From the NCBI GenBank assembly GCA_951406725.2, contig OX597826.1, positions 27,900,001-27,964,000 of the forward strand: DNA of 64,000 nt, read 5' to 3'. The position numbers were made by a program, and so were the translations under genes. Shown here piece after piece: positions 27,794-42,511 of the stretch. Under the pieces are notes generated by a model, which saw nothing but the letters and a program-made list of their open reading frames with translations, did no database searches and had not been told where the DNA came from. Positions within the stretch are counted from its first letter, which is position 1. Every line of letters starts with the position of its first letter. Source of the DNA: Octopus vulgaris. Its lineage: Eukaryota.

Positions 27794-28292
27794 CAGAAGA
27801 ACTTCGCCAGAATCTGTGACGTTATACAGAATGCACCAATTCAACAGGTGACCGCATAAATAACAGCATTAACTACGATAACCAGGTTTGCCGATTTCCT
27901 CTGGATAGCCCTCCGCCCTTCCCCCTCCCCTCACACACACTCCACCGCTCCATCCCGCCACTCCTACGTCATGCCTGCTAATTCTTTAGATGTGCTAAGA
28001 TAAATTCTGGCTCGTTATGGTTGAAATGTACCAGCCACTTGCATACGTTCATTCCACTTTCCCCTCTAATGCATCATTCTCTCTTCCTCCTTCTCTCTTT
28101 TTCTCTGTGTTTCTCTCTCTTTCTCTCCCTCTCTTACTATGTATATTCCCCCCTCTCTCTCTCTCTTTCTCTATTTGACTAATTATCTCTCACTGTTTTT
28201 CTCTTCTATTCTCCCGCCTTTTCTACTATAGTTTGTAATCTGTCCACTGCGTCTCTGCTTTACTCTCTATTCTTCGGTCTGTTATACGGATC

Positions 28293-28353
<61 letters not shown>

Positions 28354-28474
28354 CTATCAAACTATCAATTTACCTATCTGTTTCTCTCTCTGTCTGCCTG
28401 CCTATTTATCTCTCTCTCTCTCTAACTATATATGTATCTATCTATATATATATATACATATATATATATATCAG

Positions 28475-28880
28475 TAGCCGTGTGGTAAGTAGCTTGCTTC
28501 CCAACCACATGTTCCCCCGGGTTCAGTCCCACTGCGTGGCACCTTGGGCAAGTGTCTTCTACTATAGACTCGGGCCGACCAAAGCCTTGCGAGTGGGTTT
28601 GGTAAACCCATCATATGTGTGTGTGTGTATGGGTGTGTGTGAGTGTGTGTGTGTGTGTATGTGTGTGTATGTATGTGTGTGTGTGTGTGTTGGTCCCCAC
28701 CGTCGCTTGACAACCGATGCTCGTGTGTTTACGACCCCGTAACTTAGCAGTTCGGCAAAAGAGACAGATAGAATAAGTGCTAGGCTTACAAGGAATAAGT
28801 CCTGGGATCGATTTGTTCGACTAAAGGCAGTGTTCCAGCATGGCCGCAGTCAAATAATTCAAACAAGCAAAATAATAAAA
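28475..28880 (+). mobile_element. SINE family B
   Basis: GCCGTGTGGTAAG...GGGTTCAGTCCCACTGCGTGGCACCTTGGGCAAGTGTCTT (CORE-like)...CCAGCATGGCCGCAGTCAAAT. Confidence 0.88.
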
Positions 28881-29847
28881 GAATATGTATGTGTATGTAT
28901 GTATGTATGTATGTATGTATGTATGTATGTATGTATGTATGTATGTATGTATGTATGTATGTATGTATGTATTTATGTATGTATGTATGTGTATTATGTA
29001 TGTATGTATTTATGTATTTATGTATGTATGTATGTATTTATTTATGTATGTATGTATGTATGTATGTATGTATGTATGTATGTATGATTGTATGTATACA
29101 GATAGGGAGCGGGAGGGGAATAGGGCTAAGGAAACGACCCGAACACTTTGTAAGCACTCTATGGATATAAAACCGGCTAACTAAATTGTCCAGAGAATGC
29201 CACATTAATTAATATATGCTGTATATTCGCTTTCTGCCACCAGACCAATTTGTAAGTCCAAATTGCAAACAAGGAATGCATTCAGTTGATATTCAATGTA
29301 CAGTTGAAAGTATGATAGAAAAAAAAACACAAAAGAATGAATTGTATCAAACGTTACTTAAATTTAAATTGAAACATAACATCGTTTTCATCTCGGTTAA
29401 ATAGAGACTGATAGGAAACGATTGTTCTAAAATTACTTATCCTCTAAAACGTACCAACCAGCCACGAGTGTTTTAATGATATTATCTGTGTTTATTTCGT
29501 TTGCGAGAGATTAATAGAATAATTTGCTTTCCTTTACATTCCGTAACGCAGATATTAAAAAGTGTAGGCTTACAGCAGAAAAGCTATCTCAAATGTTCGA
29601 TCGTACACGATAGTTTTGCATACGTATTATATAAATTGTGTGACGAAAGATTTCCGGACAATGGACATGAGTTAAAATAATAAAATAACAGTAATAAATG
29701 GGTGAAGACCAAACATACAGTGCGTGTGTTTATTTGACAAACAAACGACAATGTCTGTTTCAACACACGATTTCAAATCAGGAATCTTGCAACATAAATT
29801 TATAAACGTATGTATATATATATATATACACATACACTCATACATAC

Positions 29848-29924
<77 letters not shown>

Positions 29925-29926
<2 letters not shown>

Positions 29927-30125
29927 TAATCCAAACAAGAAGGCACAAAAAATACAACAACGCAAGGACGTGGAACAAATATAGTATTATTGGACGCTCA
30001 GGAAAGAAGGAAAGAAGGAGGGATTAACATTTCGAGCGGAGCTCTTCGTCGGAAATATAGGAGAAGGAAAGATCCAGAGAAGGGAAGACAGAGGGAAAAA
30101 AATCGCCAACGGTACACATGAGGTC
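29925..30125 (-). mobile_element. Penelope-like terminal repeat fragment with degenerate HHR, inside (TA)n
   Basis: Minus strand CCGACGA-A-GAGC-TCC-GCTC-GAAA-TGTT. Confidence 0.5.
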
Positions 30126-30130
30126 ATATA

Positions 30131-30174
<44 letters not shown>

Positions 30175-30175
<1 letters not shown>

Positions 30176-30420
30176 TCTTTTACTCTTTACTCTTTTACTT
30201 GTTTCGGTAATTTGACTGTAGCCATACTGGAGCACCGCCTTTAGTCGAACAAATCGACCCCATGACCCATGACTTATTCTTTATAAGTCTAGTACTTATT
30301 CTATCGGTCGCTTTTGCCGGACTGCTAACTTACGGGGAAGTGAACACACCAGCATCGGTTGTCAAGCGATGTTGTGGTGGGGGGGGGTGCACAAACACAG
30401 ACACACAAACATATACACAC
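30175..30420 (-). mobile_element. SINE family B 3' half; a head fragment resumes at ~30895-30985
   Basis: Reverse complement of the family B tail with (GAGTAAAA)n end. Confidence 0.8.
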
Positions 30421-30428
30421 ACATTCAT

Positions 30429-30469
<41 letters not shown>

Positions 30470-30474
30470 TATAC

Positions 30475-30513
<39 letters not shown>

Positions 30514-30519
30514 CATATA

Positions 30520-30579
<60 letters not shown>

Positions 30580-30586
<7 letters not shown>

Positions 30587-30885
30587 ATCACGTGACCGAC
30601 CAGACCATCAGATGTTGTTACACATCGGTGGTCACAATGCGTTCGCATTGTTTTTAGCCTACGAATGACGCCACCCTGCTGGCTAAGCGAGCAGGCCAAC
30701 AGAAGAAAGAATGGGAGAAAAAGTGGTGAAAGAGTACAGCAGGGATCACCAACCCCTGCCGGAGCCTCATGGAGCTTTTAGGTGTTTTCGCTCAATAAAC
30801 ACTCACAACGCCCGGTCTGGGAATCGAAACCACGAGCCTACGACCGAGAGTCCGCTGCCCTAACCACTGGCCATTGCGCCTCCAT
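30580..30885 (-). mobile_element. tRNA-derived SINE family C
   Basis: Minus strand GGAGGCGCAATGGCC(C)AGTGGTTAGGGCAGCGGACTC...GGTTTCGATTCCCAG. Other copies at 55088 and 62590. Confidence 0.85.
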
Positions 30886-30990
30886 ATATATGTACACGAC
30901 CAAGGCTTTGGTCGGCCCGAGGTTATTGTAGAAGACACTTGCCCAAGGTGCCACACAGTAGGACTGAACCCGGAAACATATGGTATATAC

Positions 30991-32155
30991 GACTGTTTAT
31001 ATTTTGTACTGTCGTTACTGTCCTGTTTTTGTTACCATTTTTACACCTCCGCAAAAAATCTCAAATTTTATTTAATTTGATTTTCGCCTTGACCTTCGAA
31101 ACGTGGAGTAGATGAAATTAAGGCGACTGAAGAAGGGGAATTTTCCTTGTTTTGTATGTCCTGTACTCTATTTTTTCGTTGTTTTAAAAAAATGTCCATT
31201 TCCTTGGTTTTGTGTTTATGTTTTCGTTTCTCATAGTGTTCGACGTTTTTTTTGCTTTCCTGTACCCATATATGCATGTATATATACATGTAGAGGTAGG
31301 TACGTACATATATGTATGTATATATGCATATGTTTTATTTATTTATTAATTTATTATATGACGGAACGCACGCATCCATTTCTAAGTAAGATTGTTCTCA
31401 ATATTAATAATGATGCGCACTCTTAACCTTTCTCTCCCCGCCCTTTCTCAGCCTTCATTGTTTTGGCTTTCCTTTTCTTCTACCTTACTGTCTCTCCCTC
31501 TCTCTCTCATTCTTCATTCTTTTCTCAACAACCATTCCCTTTTTTCTCTCCATTTCTCTTACTCCTCCTCCTCCCTCCCGTCGCGGTCACGTGATGAGAT
31601 GGCTATTTCTGTCTTTCTTCTCCTGGCCTCCTTCAAGTAGAGACGGTAAAATCTGTTGCTCTCTGCCGTTCTCAAACAATAGCGTTCGTAAAATTTTTTT
31701 ATCTCGTTTGGCTTAACAGCCCTTCTTGTTTGTGTTACTGTTATTCTCCGTGTCCTGTCTTTTACTGTTTATATTTTGTACTGTCGTTACTGTCCTGTTT
31801 TTGTTACCATTTTTACCCCTCCGCAAAACAAATCTCAAATTTTATTTAATTTGATTTTCGCGGGAAGGAAATTTTCATTGAAGTCATGTATCGCCTTGAC
31901 CTTCGAAACGTGGAGTAGATGAAATTAAGGCGACTGAAGAAGGGGAATTTTCCTTGTTTTGTATGTCCTGTACTCTATTTTTTCGTTGTTTTAAAAAAAT
32001 GTCCATTTCCTTGGTTTTGTGTTTATGTTTTCGTTTCTCATTGTGTTCGACTTTTTTTGGTGTCCTGTACCCATATATGCAAGTATAAATGCATGTAGAG
32101 GTAGGTACGTACATATATGTAGGTATATATGCATGTTTTATTTATTTATTAATTT
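30991..32155 (+). repeat. Partial tandem duplication of a non-coding repeat (Penelope-like architecture)
   Basis: 30991-31350 is nearly identical to 31764-32155. A third partial copy lies at 13003-13140. Confidence 0.8.
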
Positions 32156-32179
32156 ATATATATATATATATATATATAT

Positions 32180-32575
32180 AGGCGTAGGAGTGGCTGTGAG
32201 GTAAGTAGCTTGCTTACGAACCACATGGTTCCGGGTTCAGTCTTGGGCAAGTGTCTTTTGCCTTGTGAGTGGATTTGGTAGACGGAAACTGAAAGAAGCC
32301 TGTTGTATATAAGTATATATATATATGTGTATGTTTGTGTGTGCGTGTGTGTATGTGTTTGTGTGTCTGTGTTTGTCCCCCCCAACATCATTTGACAACA
32401 GATTGTGGTGTGTTTATGTCCCCGTAACCTAGTGGTTCGGCAAAAGAGACCGATAGTATTAGTACTAGGCTTACAAAGAATAAGTCCTGGGGTAGATTTG
32501 CTCGACTAAAGGCGGTGCTCCAGCATGGCCGCAGTCAAATGACTGAAACAAGTAAAAGAGTAAAGAGTAAAGAGT
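32180..32575 (+). mobile_element. SINE family B, near full length
   Basis: GGCGTAGGAGTGGCTGTGAGGTAAG...GGCGGTGCTCCAGCATGGCCGCAGTCAAATGACTGAAACAAGTAAAAGAGTAAAGAG. Confidence 0.9.
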
Positions 32576-32964
32576 TATGTAATGAACTGCATTAGTGTAC
32601 AGCTGTTTCCGCTATAAGATGTGTTGGACTCTTAGTTGAGTACCAGAATAACATTCTGTAACTTCGTCAGAGCTTTGACTTGGTTTGCGAAAGTTATATT
32701 TTCAGAACTTATAGACGTTATGAAGAAGTCTATGTTGTATACATACATATATTGGTAAGTTACGCATGTCGCAGGAGGATACAAAGTTTTGGGACTTTTA
32801 GAAGAATCGTTGTGTTTCTTAAACAAGAAGTTTTAAAGAAAATATAACATGGAGAAATACTTCGACAACTTCCTGTTTAGAGATGACGTAGCCAAAACAT
32901 CGTGAATATTTTTGTCAATCTTAAGTATATGCACAAAAACATATGAATATGCATTATAGTTATT

Positions 32965-33044
<80 letters not shown>

Positions 33045-33149
33045 TAGATAGATAGATATATGTCTTCACAGTATATTTACAAATATATATATACGCACAA
33101 ATACACACAGATACACACACACGTATATATGTATATATCTATATATATC

Positions 33150-33193
<44 letters not shown>

Positions 33194-33259
33194 CATAGGT
33201 ACAGATATGTGTAATCATATATATGTATGCCTCTGTGTGTGTATTTATATGTGTATATG

Positions 33260-33296
<37 letters not shown>

Positions 33297-33871
33297 GACA
33301 GATATATACATACACATAAATATATATCTATATGTATATGTATTTATGAATATATACATATATATAAATAGATAGATACATAGATAGATGTATATATAAA
33401 TATATGTGTATATATATATATATATACATAACTGTACATATATACTTATATACACCACGGTGGTTGAAAGTGTGACATCTCTGACGAGAAACTAGACTGC
33501 AAGTAATGGCAAAGTTGTGCGCAGTGAGGTGGGTGTATATGTAAGTCGAAGAAGGGTTCGAAGACTAAAGATAAAGCCAGATATATTTGGCGCCGAAATA
33601 CAGACGAAACTTCCTTCTCTTTGCTCACAGTTATAGTTTTGGGAAACATTTTTTATTTTGAACTATTTTCTGTATTTTTTAATATATTTGATTTCTATTT
33701 TTTTCTGTCTCGAGATTTCAACTTTTTCTTTGTTTATCGTTTTTTTTTTAATTTTTTTCTTTTTTTTTTAAATTGTCTTTTTCTTCAGTTGAGGTTTGGT
33801 TAAGAATCTGATGTCTGGTGGGGTAGGAATTGGTGCATTTTATGCCTGACACACACACACACACATATATT

Positions 33872-33938
<67 letters not shown>

Positions 33939-34155
33939 GCGTGTGTGTGTATGTGTTTGTGTGTGTGTGTGTATGTATTTATCTTTTGAAGACTGCGGCC
34001 ATGCTGGAGCACCGTTTATAGTCGAGCATTATGTTCATATACATATTTGTGTATGCATTTACCTCATCTTTCGTTTTTCTATAAATTTCAACTACATATA
34101 TATATATATATATATATGCGTGTGTGTGTGTGTGTATGTGTGTAGGTTTGTGTGA

Positions 34156-34204
<49 letters not shown>

Positions 34205-34511
34205 CACGTATATATATTTATATGTATGTATGAACGTAAGTATGCATGTGTGTGTATATTATTCGCACGTTTCTAAAAAGACAGATATGTGTAAACTAAT
34301 ATTCTTAATGTGCTTGCAACGTTTCAGTGTATATGTTTAAATACACACACACACACTCACACACACACGTACACACTCACAACCAAACAACCTCACACTT
34401 GCATATATATACAGGCTCATGTGTCGATATGCATGCATATTTTATATGCATATATACAAATGGGTGTACGTGAGTCTGTATTTATACTCGTACGTAAGAA
34501 GTTAAGATATA

Positions 34512-34568
<57 letters not shown>

Positions 34569-34589
34569 ATATGTATATATATGTATATG

Positions 34590-34620
<31 letters not shown>

Positions 34621-34690
34621 ATTTGTATATGTATATATATGTATATGTATATGTATATGTATACGTATATATATATGTATATGTATATGT

Positions 34691-34724
<34 letters not shown>

Positions 34725-34753
34725 ATATTTGTATATGTATATATATGTATATG

Positions 34754-34784
<31 letters not shown>

Positions 34785-34854
34785 ATTTGTATATGTATAT
34801 ATATGTATATGTATATGTATATGTATACGTATATATATATGTATATGTATATGT

Positions 34855-34888
<34 letters not shown>

Positions 34889-35158
34889 ATGTGTGTATGT
34901 GTGTGTACATATATATGTGTGTGTATGCGTGTGTGCTTCTATGTATGTATGAATATGTATATGTATGTATGTCTATATGCATATATATATATATGTATGT
35001 ATATATACATACATATATATATGTATATATATATTTACATAAATATATGTATCTTTGTGTCTGTATATATCTATTTATATATATGTATATGTGTGTGTGT
35101 GTGCGTGTGTGCGTGTGTGTGTATGTATATGTTACACACACGTACGCATACTCACACA

Positions 35159-35197
<39 letters not shown>

Positions 35198-35544
35198 TCA
35201 GGCTTAATTTAGTTTCAGTTTTGGCACTTGATATTCCGCCTAGAGTCGCAGTTGTCTAAACTGATAGACATTTTAAGCGTCGTGTATACACAAATATATC
35301 TCTTTATATATATATTCATCCGTGTATGTGTGTGTATATGTTAGTCTTACTACATGGCTAAGCATGTGTCTTTGTATTTGTAATGCGTCTGCTTCTGCAA
35401 ATGTGTATTATTACGTGAATATGTGTATACGTGTGTATATCTAATCCGTGAGCATTATTGCTTGTGTATATAAAAACAGAAAAAAAAATTCTTAAAATAA
35501 TGAAGGACAGCTCACAGCTGCTTTGCAGTATTACATACTTGTGA

Positions 35545-35609
<65 letters not shown>

Positions 35610-36158
35610 TACATATTTGTGGGTGTGCATTTGTGTGTGTGTGTGTGTGTGTGTGTGCATGTACATATATTTACATGTGTGTGTAAAAGTGTGCGTATGT
35701 ACATTATGTATATATATATAGGTACATATGTATGTACGTATGTACGGATGTATGTATACATATATATTTGTATATGCGTATATAAATATATGCCTATAGA
35801 AAGATACAATCATACACAGATATCTGTACGTAGCTTTATTTAGTATGTTTGTGTTTTATGTGCGTGTGTGTGCGTGCATGAGCGTCTATGTTTATGTGCG
35901 TGCGTGTGTGTCTGTGTGTCTGTTTGTGCGTGTGTGCGTGTGTGTATTTTTTATTACGTGTGTGTTTTCCTTCACGTAGCACTTTTGTTTTTTTAGAATT
36001 TTATTTCCTTCGTCGTTTTTTATCGTTCGATTTTCGTTATCCATACTTCTTCTCACACGCATGCGTACCTATGAATATTTTTGCATTCAATATTTGCGCA
36101 TTTACATGCATGTATACATACATACATACATATATATATGCATACATATATATATATA

Positions 36159-36200
<42 letters not shown>

Positions 36201-36235
36201 TATTTATCTATATACATATATGCATATATATATAC

Positions 36236-36288
<53 letters not shown>

Positions 36289-36308
36289 TATATATAGTTA
36301 TATGTTAC

Positions 36309-36349
<41 letters not shown>

Positions 36350-36563
36350 ATGCATTGTCTACCGTTACTTTCGTACAACGAGGACCACGTACTTACGCAT
36401 ATTTCATTACATGCCTGATGCCCCACCTCGCCCCAACACAGAAACGACCACTATACTGATAGACAGATAGATATAAAATTATTCATGTCTGTGTATTCAT
36501 GTATTTATCTTTATACATATCTATATGTATACATGTGTGTGCGTGTGTGTGTGTGGTTGTGTT

Positions 36564-36647
<84 letters not shown>

Positions 36648-36774
36648 CATACATCATATACATATGTGTACGTGTGTGTATGTGTGTGTGTGCATAATAT
36701 ATGCGGCTATAGAAATATTGATTCATGCACATATGATATACATATGCCCAAGTTTACATTATTCATATGTGTAT

Positions 36775-36819
<45 letters not shown>

Positions 36820-36898
36820 TTTACTTGTAGATTTATGCATGTTAATAAATATACACTTACATGCATATATATGTGTATATATATATATATGAATATGA

Positions 36899-36941
<43 letters not shown>

Positions 36942-37437
36942 CGCGCGCGCGTGTGTGTGTGTGTGTATATGTATGTATGAATATGAATATGTTTAGAGAG
37001 GAAAATAGAAGGGAAAGAGAGAGGTATATTCTCAAGAATGATGTCAGTGTATTTGTCGAATATATGCCTATATAGGTGTGTGCGTGTGTGTGTTTGTGTG
37101 TGTATTTATATATGTATGTGTGTTTGTATGTATGTATGTATTTTTGCTTCTGTTCAGGTGTTCAGGTAAAATGGAAACAATTTTGCATTAATCTGATGGA
37201 TTACCCTATATTTTTGTACAGTGCAATTTTTACTATTCTTAAAGAAGGGTATTATTGATAGTGACTTCGAATTTATACTGCCCTGCAAATACTTTCGGGA
37301 CTAGAAATCAATATACGCATCGTTTTACTCTTCCATATTTCAGCCATGAGGAAGTGACCATGCTGGGCCACCTTCTATTTTATACACATATGATTGTGTA
37401 TATGCGTTTGTTCAAAATGTGTGTGCGTGTGTGTGGT

Positions 37438-37490
<53 letters not shown>

Positions 37491-37520
37491 ATGAGTGCTT
37501 GAGTATACATATTGTTTTGT

Positions 37521-37740
37521 AAGGCGGTGAGCTGACAGAAACATTAGCACACCGAGCGAAATACTTAGCTGTATTTCGTCTGTCTTTATATTATGAGTTC
37601 AAATGCCGCAGAGGTCGACTTTGCCTTTTATCCTTTCGGGGTCGATAAATTAATTACCAGTTACGTTCTGTGGTCCACCTAATCGACTGCCCCCTTCCCC
37701 GCCAAAAAAAATTGCTGGCCTTGTGCCTAGAGTAGAAAAG
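37521..37740 (+). mobile_element. SINE family A, full length
   Basis: AAGGCGGTGAGCTGACAGAAAC...GAGTTCAAAT...GCCTTTTATCCTTTCGGGGTCGATAAATT...GGCCTTGTGCCTAGAGTAGAAAAG. Confidence 0.88.
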
Positions 37741-38879
37741 TATATATATTGTTTTGTTATATACCGCTATTTGCGTGTATACATTTGTTTGCAAGATTAT
37801 TCCTTTGTATATATAACCAACTTAGAATATCAAAGCGACGTATACACTTCCTAATGCGTATATACATTTAACTATTACTTTTCAACAACAAAAATTAACG
37901 AAACATTATATTTCCTCTCACTGGGATTGAACCCTGACATAGTTTTACATTTCCCCGATCTCAGTCAGAAATTATTTTACAGACATGAGACAGGTACGAA
38001 CGAAATGGCCTCAACTCAACCTGCTAGATATGGCAAGTTAATCACCCTCAATCTCACACTCACTTTGGCATATTAAAGAAGCTGGTGTGTTGGATATTTC
38101 AACTGTAAATGTAAAACACAGACAGGTTTGTCACAGTTGGATGGTCTTTTTTCCTATTAGTTATTGCACCAAGGCCCCACAACGACTAAGGAACTAGTAA
38201 GATATTGGTAGTTGTAGATTTTGGGTCCTCAAAACGGCAACTACTAAATAAATACACGAATCATACATGCAACCCAGTACGTTAGTTTTTTTCTTCACGC
38301 AAGTACAATATTGAAGAAGGGCCGCCCTCAACATAAGAACGCCTAAAAATAAACGCTTGTATATGGTGTGTTTGTATGTAGGTAGGTTCACCTGGTAGAT
38401 ATACAAACATCGAATTTACCTATATTTTCGTAACCTGAACAAAAAATATTAAAATGGTTTAATCGATTCTCGACACTTAGAGGGTTGGTCAAGGTACATA
38501 GACACATACACACACAGTCTTAGAGGGTTCTTCAATGTACTTATACATACGCACGCACACATACAGGTACACGCACATATATAGACACATACAGGCACAC
38601 AGAAACACATACACTTAAAAAAAACGAATGTAAATGAGTGGAAATCGAACCGGTGGTTGTGTTAATTAGAAAGACATTAAAACAGAATGACTCTCCCCAA
38701 ACACCAATAATATGTATGTGTGTGAGAGTGTTTTAATTAATAAGGCATTAAAAAAGGAAAGACTCTCCCCAGACACAATAATATAGATATATGTATGTGC
38801 ATTAGCAGGCATATACAGGTGCTTACATTTATCAAGTATTCACCCTGAACTTATTATATATATATATATATATATATAT

Positions 38880-39107
38880 TTCTTTACTACCCACAAGGGG
38901 CTAAACACAGAGGGGACAAACAAGGACAGACAAACGGGTTAAGTCAATTACATCGACCCCAGTGCATAACTGGTACTTATTTAATCGAACCTGAAAGGAT
39001 GAAAGGCAAAGTCGACCTCGGTGGAATTTGAACTCAGAACGTAACGGCAGACGAAATACGGCTACGCATTTCGCCCGGCGTGCTAACGTTGCTGCCAGCT
39101 CGCCACC
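38880..39107 (-). mobile_element. SINE family A (subtype with CCCCTTGTGGGTAGTAAAG tail)
   Basis: Close match to 135-373 and 16440-16665. Confidence 0.88.
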
Positions 39108-39152
39108 TGTATATGTATACACATACACGCACACACACACACACACACACAC

Positions 39153-39223
<71 letters not shown>

Positions 39224-39862
39224 CGTATGTCTGCTGTGTGGATATTATTCCTGCGTTGTCTACACAAAAGCACTCTAACAGTAAACAGGTGAGCAGAAAA
39301 ATCTGCTGCGGAGACTATTCCTTCTTATTCTTCATTCTGTGCAACCAATCTGCCAATAACTGTTAGAATATGCGAAGTCTGTGAATGTATTCTATTCTCT
39401 CTCTCTCTCTCTCTCGCTCTCTCTAATGAGACATGGTTGAGTGTGTGTGTATGTCAGTGTGTGTCAGTGTGTGAATGTAGATGAGAGTACGATTTGTATG
39501 GATGTGTGTGTGTGTTTGTGTATGTAAATATGCTTCACATGGATATAAAGGTTTAACTACATCAATATGGGGCATGCATATATATATATATATATATAGC
39601 ATACGTGGGTACATATATGTGTGTGTGTGTGTGTGTGTTTGCGTGTGTGTGAGCGTGCCTGTCTGTCTACCTGTGTATGTACATATATATATACATATAT
39701 ATATATATCCATATACGTATATATTTGTATACATAAATATGCATATATATATATACATATATATTAATGCATACATATATGCATTAATATACTTCTGTGT
39801 CTATACACACACGTATGTGTATATACAGATATGTATATATCTATTTATATATATATAATTTT

Positions 39863-40035
<173 letters not shown>

Positions 40036-40376
40036 CAATAATAATATAGGATATAAATTTATATACCTATATATATTATGTATTTATATATATGCATATA
40101 TATATATATAAACAGACACACACATGTGTAATATGTATGGTTATATGAATGTGCGTATGTGCGTGTACGCCAGTGTCTGTAGACATCAAAATACCTTATT
40201 CCAATCCAGTCCCAAAATAAACTCTTCTCTCTTCTTCCATCTCTCATCTTTTTAAATGTGTTTTTAGGCTTTCAACCTAAGAAATGCTTATTTCTAGAAT
40301 TTTCGACGTTATCGGAAATATGTAAGGATTCACACACAAGTTTATGCACATACGTGTATTTTTATATATAATCATG

Positions 40377-40407
<31 letters not shown>

Positions 40408-40599
40408 ATGCATGTGTGTGTGTGTGTATACGACTCTGTGTTTGTATGGATATGTATGTGTGTGTATGCGTGTGTACGAGTGTGTGTGTTTATGTGTGCG
40501 TGCGTTTGTGTGTGTATGTGTTTGCGTTTGTGTATGATTGTACATCGAATATATGAAAATCACAATACATAAATGCGTAAATACATTCATACATACATA

Positions 40600-40655
<56 letters not shown>

Positions 40656-40782
40656 AACACACATATATATATACACACATACATATGTACGCATGTCTGT
40701 ATATATGCATACAGAGACACAGAAACTGATGCACACATACACACACGCAGACACAAATGTCTACAGACACATGCGAATGTGC

Positions 40783-40819
<37 letters not shown>

Positions 40820-41120
40820 CGCGTGTGTGTTTGAGTGCACGCGTGCGTCTAATAATAAATGCATGTAAAAGTGTCGCCATATTTCTGCATATTTTGATAT
40901 ATGTGTTTATGTCTTTATTTCCATGCACATACCTATCATTCGCTCCGTCTCCTTGTCCGTCTCCTCTCTCTCTCTCTCTCTCTCTACCTCTTTCTCTCTC
41001 TCTCTCTCTTTCCATCTCTCCCTCTCTGCCTATTTATGTATGATGCTGAGAGTGCATCTTTGTCAATCGTATCACTGCCACTGTGGCCATACGTTTCATT
41101 CGTGGACACTTTTTATGTCC

Positions 41121-41153
<33 letters not shown>

Positions 41154-41169
41154 CGTCGGCCTGCCTGAA

Positions 41170-41244
<75 letters not shown>

Positions 41245-41329
41245 CAATATTAAGGAATGGCTAAACTCAAACCGCTAAATAGTTGTAATTCAGAAACCAA
41301 AGGAAAATAAAAACATTTACCCTTATCAT

Positions 41330-41425
41330 CTTTGGACTATGCATAGTTTCGACATACATATTGGCAAACCGATTTAATTAAATTAAATTAAATCTATTTG
41401 CCACTGGCCTGTCTCGTCAGCAAAG
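41330..41425 (-). ncRNA. Type I hammerhead ribozyme, copy 1
   Basis: Minus strand CTTTG-CTGACGA-GACA..TGGCAAA..GATTTAATT/AATTAAATC..TTTGCCA..TGTC-GAAA-CTATGCATAG-TC-CAAAG. Stem III is the palindrome ACTATGCATAGT, followed by a GUC site. Confidence 0.88.
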
Positions 41426-41799
41426 AAGCCAGAGAAATATATATCCACGAGGCGACAGCATCGATGCCTCGAGAATATATATTCGAAATTTTCAAAATCT
41501 ACCGACACCGCGCCAACTTCTCAGCAGCAAATATAAACTGCTGATTTAATTTCAGAATTAGTCAAAAAATCATTAATTAATCAATATCAGGGTAGCAAAA
41601 AATTCAAGAGAAATTTTTCGCCACCAGCGGCCCAGTGAGAAAGGAAAAATAGTCAACAGACTATATAATATACATTCAACAATATTAAGGAATGGCCTTG
41701 ATAGGCCATTCGACCCACTAGAAAGAGCAGCTAAACTCAAACCACTAAATAGTTGTAATTCAGAAACCAAAGGAAAATAAAAACGTTAACCCTTATCCT

Positions 41800-41895
41800 C
41801 TTTGGACTATGCATAGTTTCGACATACATATTGGCAAACCGATTTAATTAAATTAAATTAAATCTATTTGCCACTGGCCTGTCTCGTCAGCAAAG
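41800..41895 (-). ncRNA. Type I hammerhead ribozyme, copy 2
   Basis: Same core and stems as copy 1. Stem I extends to CTTCTTTG/CAAAGAGG. Confidence 0.88.
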
Positions 41896-42026
41896 AAGCC
41901 AGGGAAATATATATCCACGAGGCGACAGCATCGACGCCTCGAGAATATATATTCGAAATTTTCAAAATCTACCGTCACCGCGCCAACTTCTCAGCAGCAA
42001 GTATAAACTGCTGATTTAATTTCTGA

Positions 42027-42078
<52 letters not shown>

Positions 42079-42104
42079 ATCTATCTATCTATTAATCTAT
42101 CTCT

Positions 42105-42312
42105 TTTCCCTTTTACTTGTTTCAGTCATTTGACTGCGGCCATGCTGGAGCACCGCCTTTAATCGAGCAACTCGACCCCGGGACTTATTCTTTGTAAGCC
42201 CAGTACTTATTCTATCGGTCTCTTTTGCCGAACCGCTAAGTAACGGGGACATAAACACACCAGCATCGGTTGTCAAGCAATGCTAGGGGGACAAACATAG
42301 ACACAAAAACAA

Positions 42313-42343
<31 letters not shown>

Positions 42344-42511
42344 CATATATACGACAGGCTTCTTTCAGTTTCCGCCTACCAAATCTACTCACAAGGCATT
42401 GGTCGGCCGGGGCTATAGCAGAAGACACTGGCCCAAGATGCCACGCAGTGGGACTGAACTCGGAACCATGTGGTTGGTTAGCAAGCTACTTACCACACAA
42501 CCACTCCTGCG

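Larger units (their letters stand above)
41238..42030 (-). mobile_element. Tandem HHR-bearing non-coding element (retrozyme or Penelope-pLTR-like), 470-bp period, inside (TA)n
   Basis: 41260-41560 is nearly identical to 41730-42030. Each unit holds a complete HHR, and (TA)n flanks both sides. Confidence 0.8.

Noticed and set aside
33450-33620. Possible LTR or primer-binding site (TGGCGCCGAA)
   Set aside because: No second LTR, no TG...CA boundaries and no gag/pol sequence.
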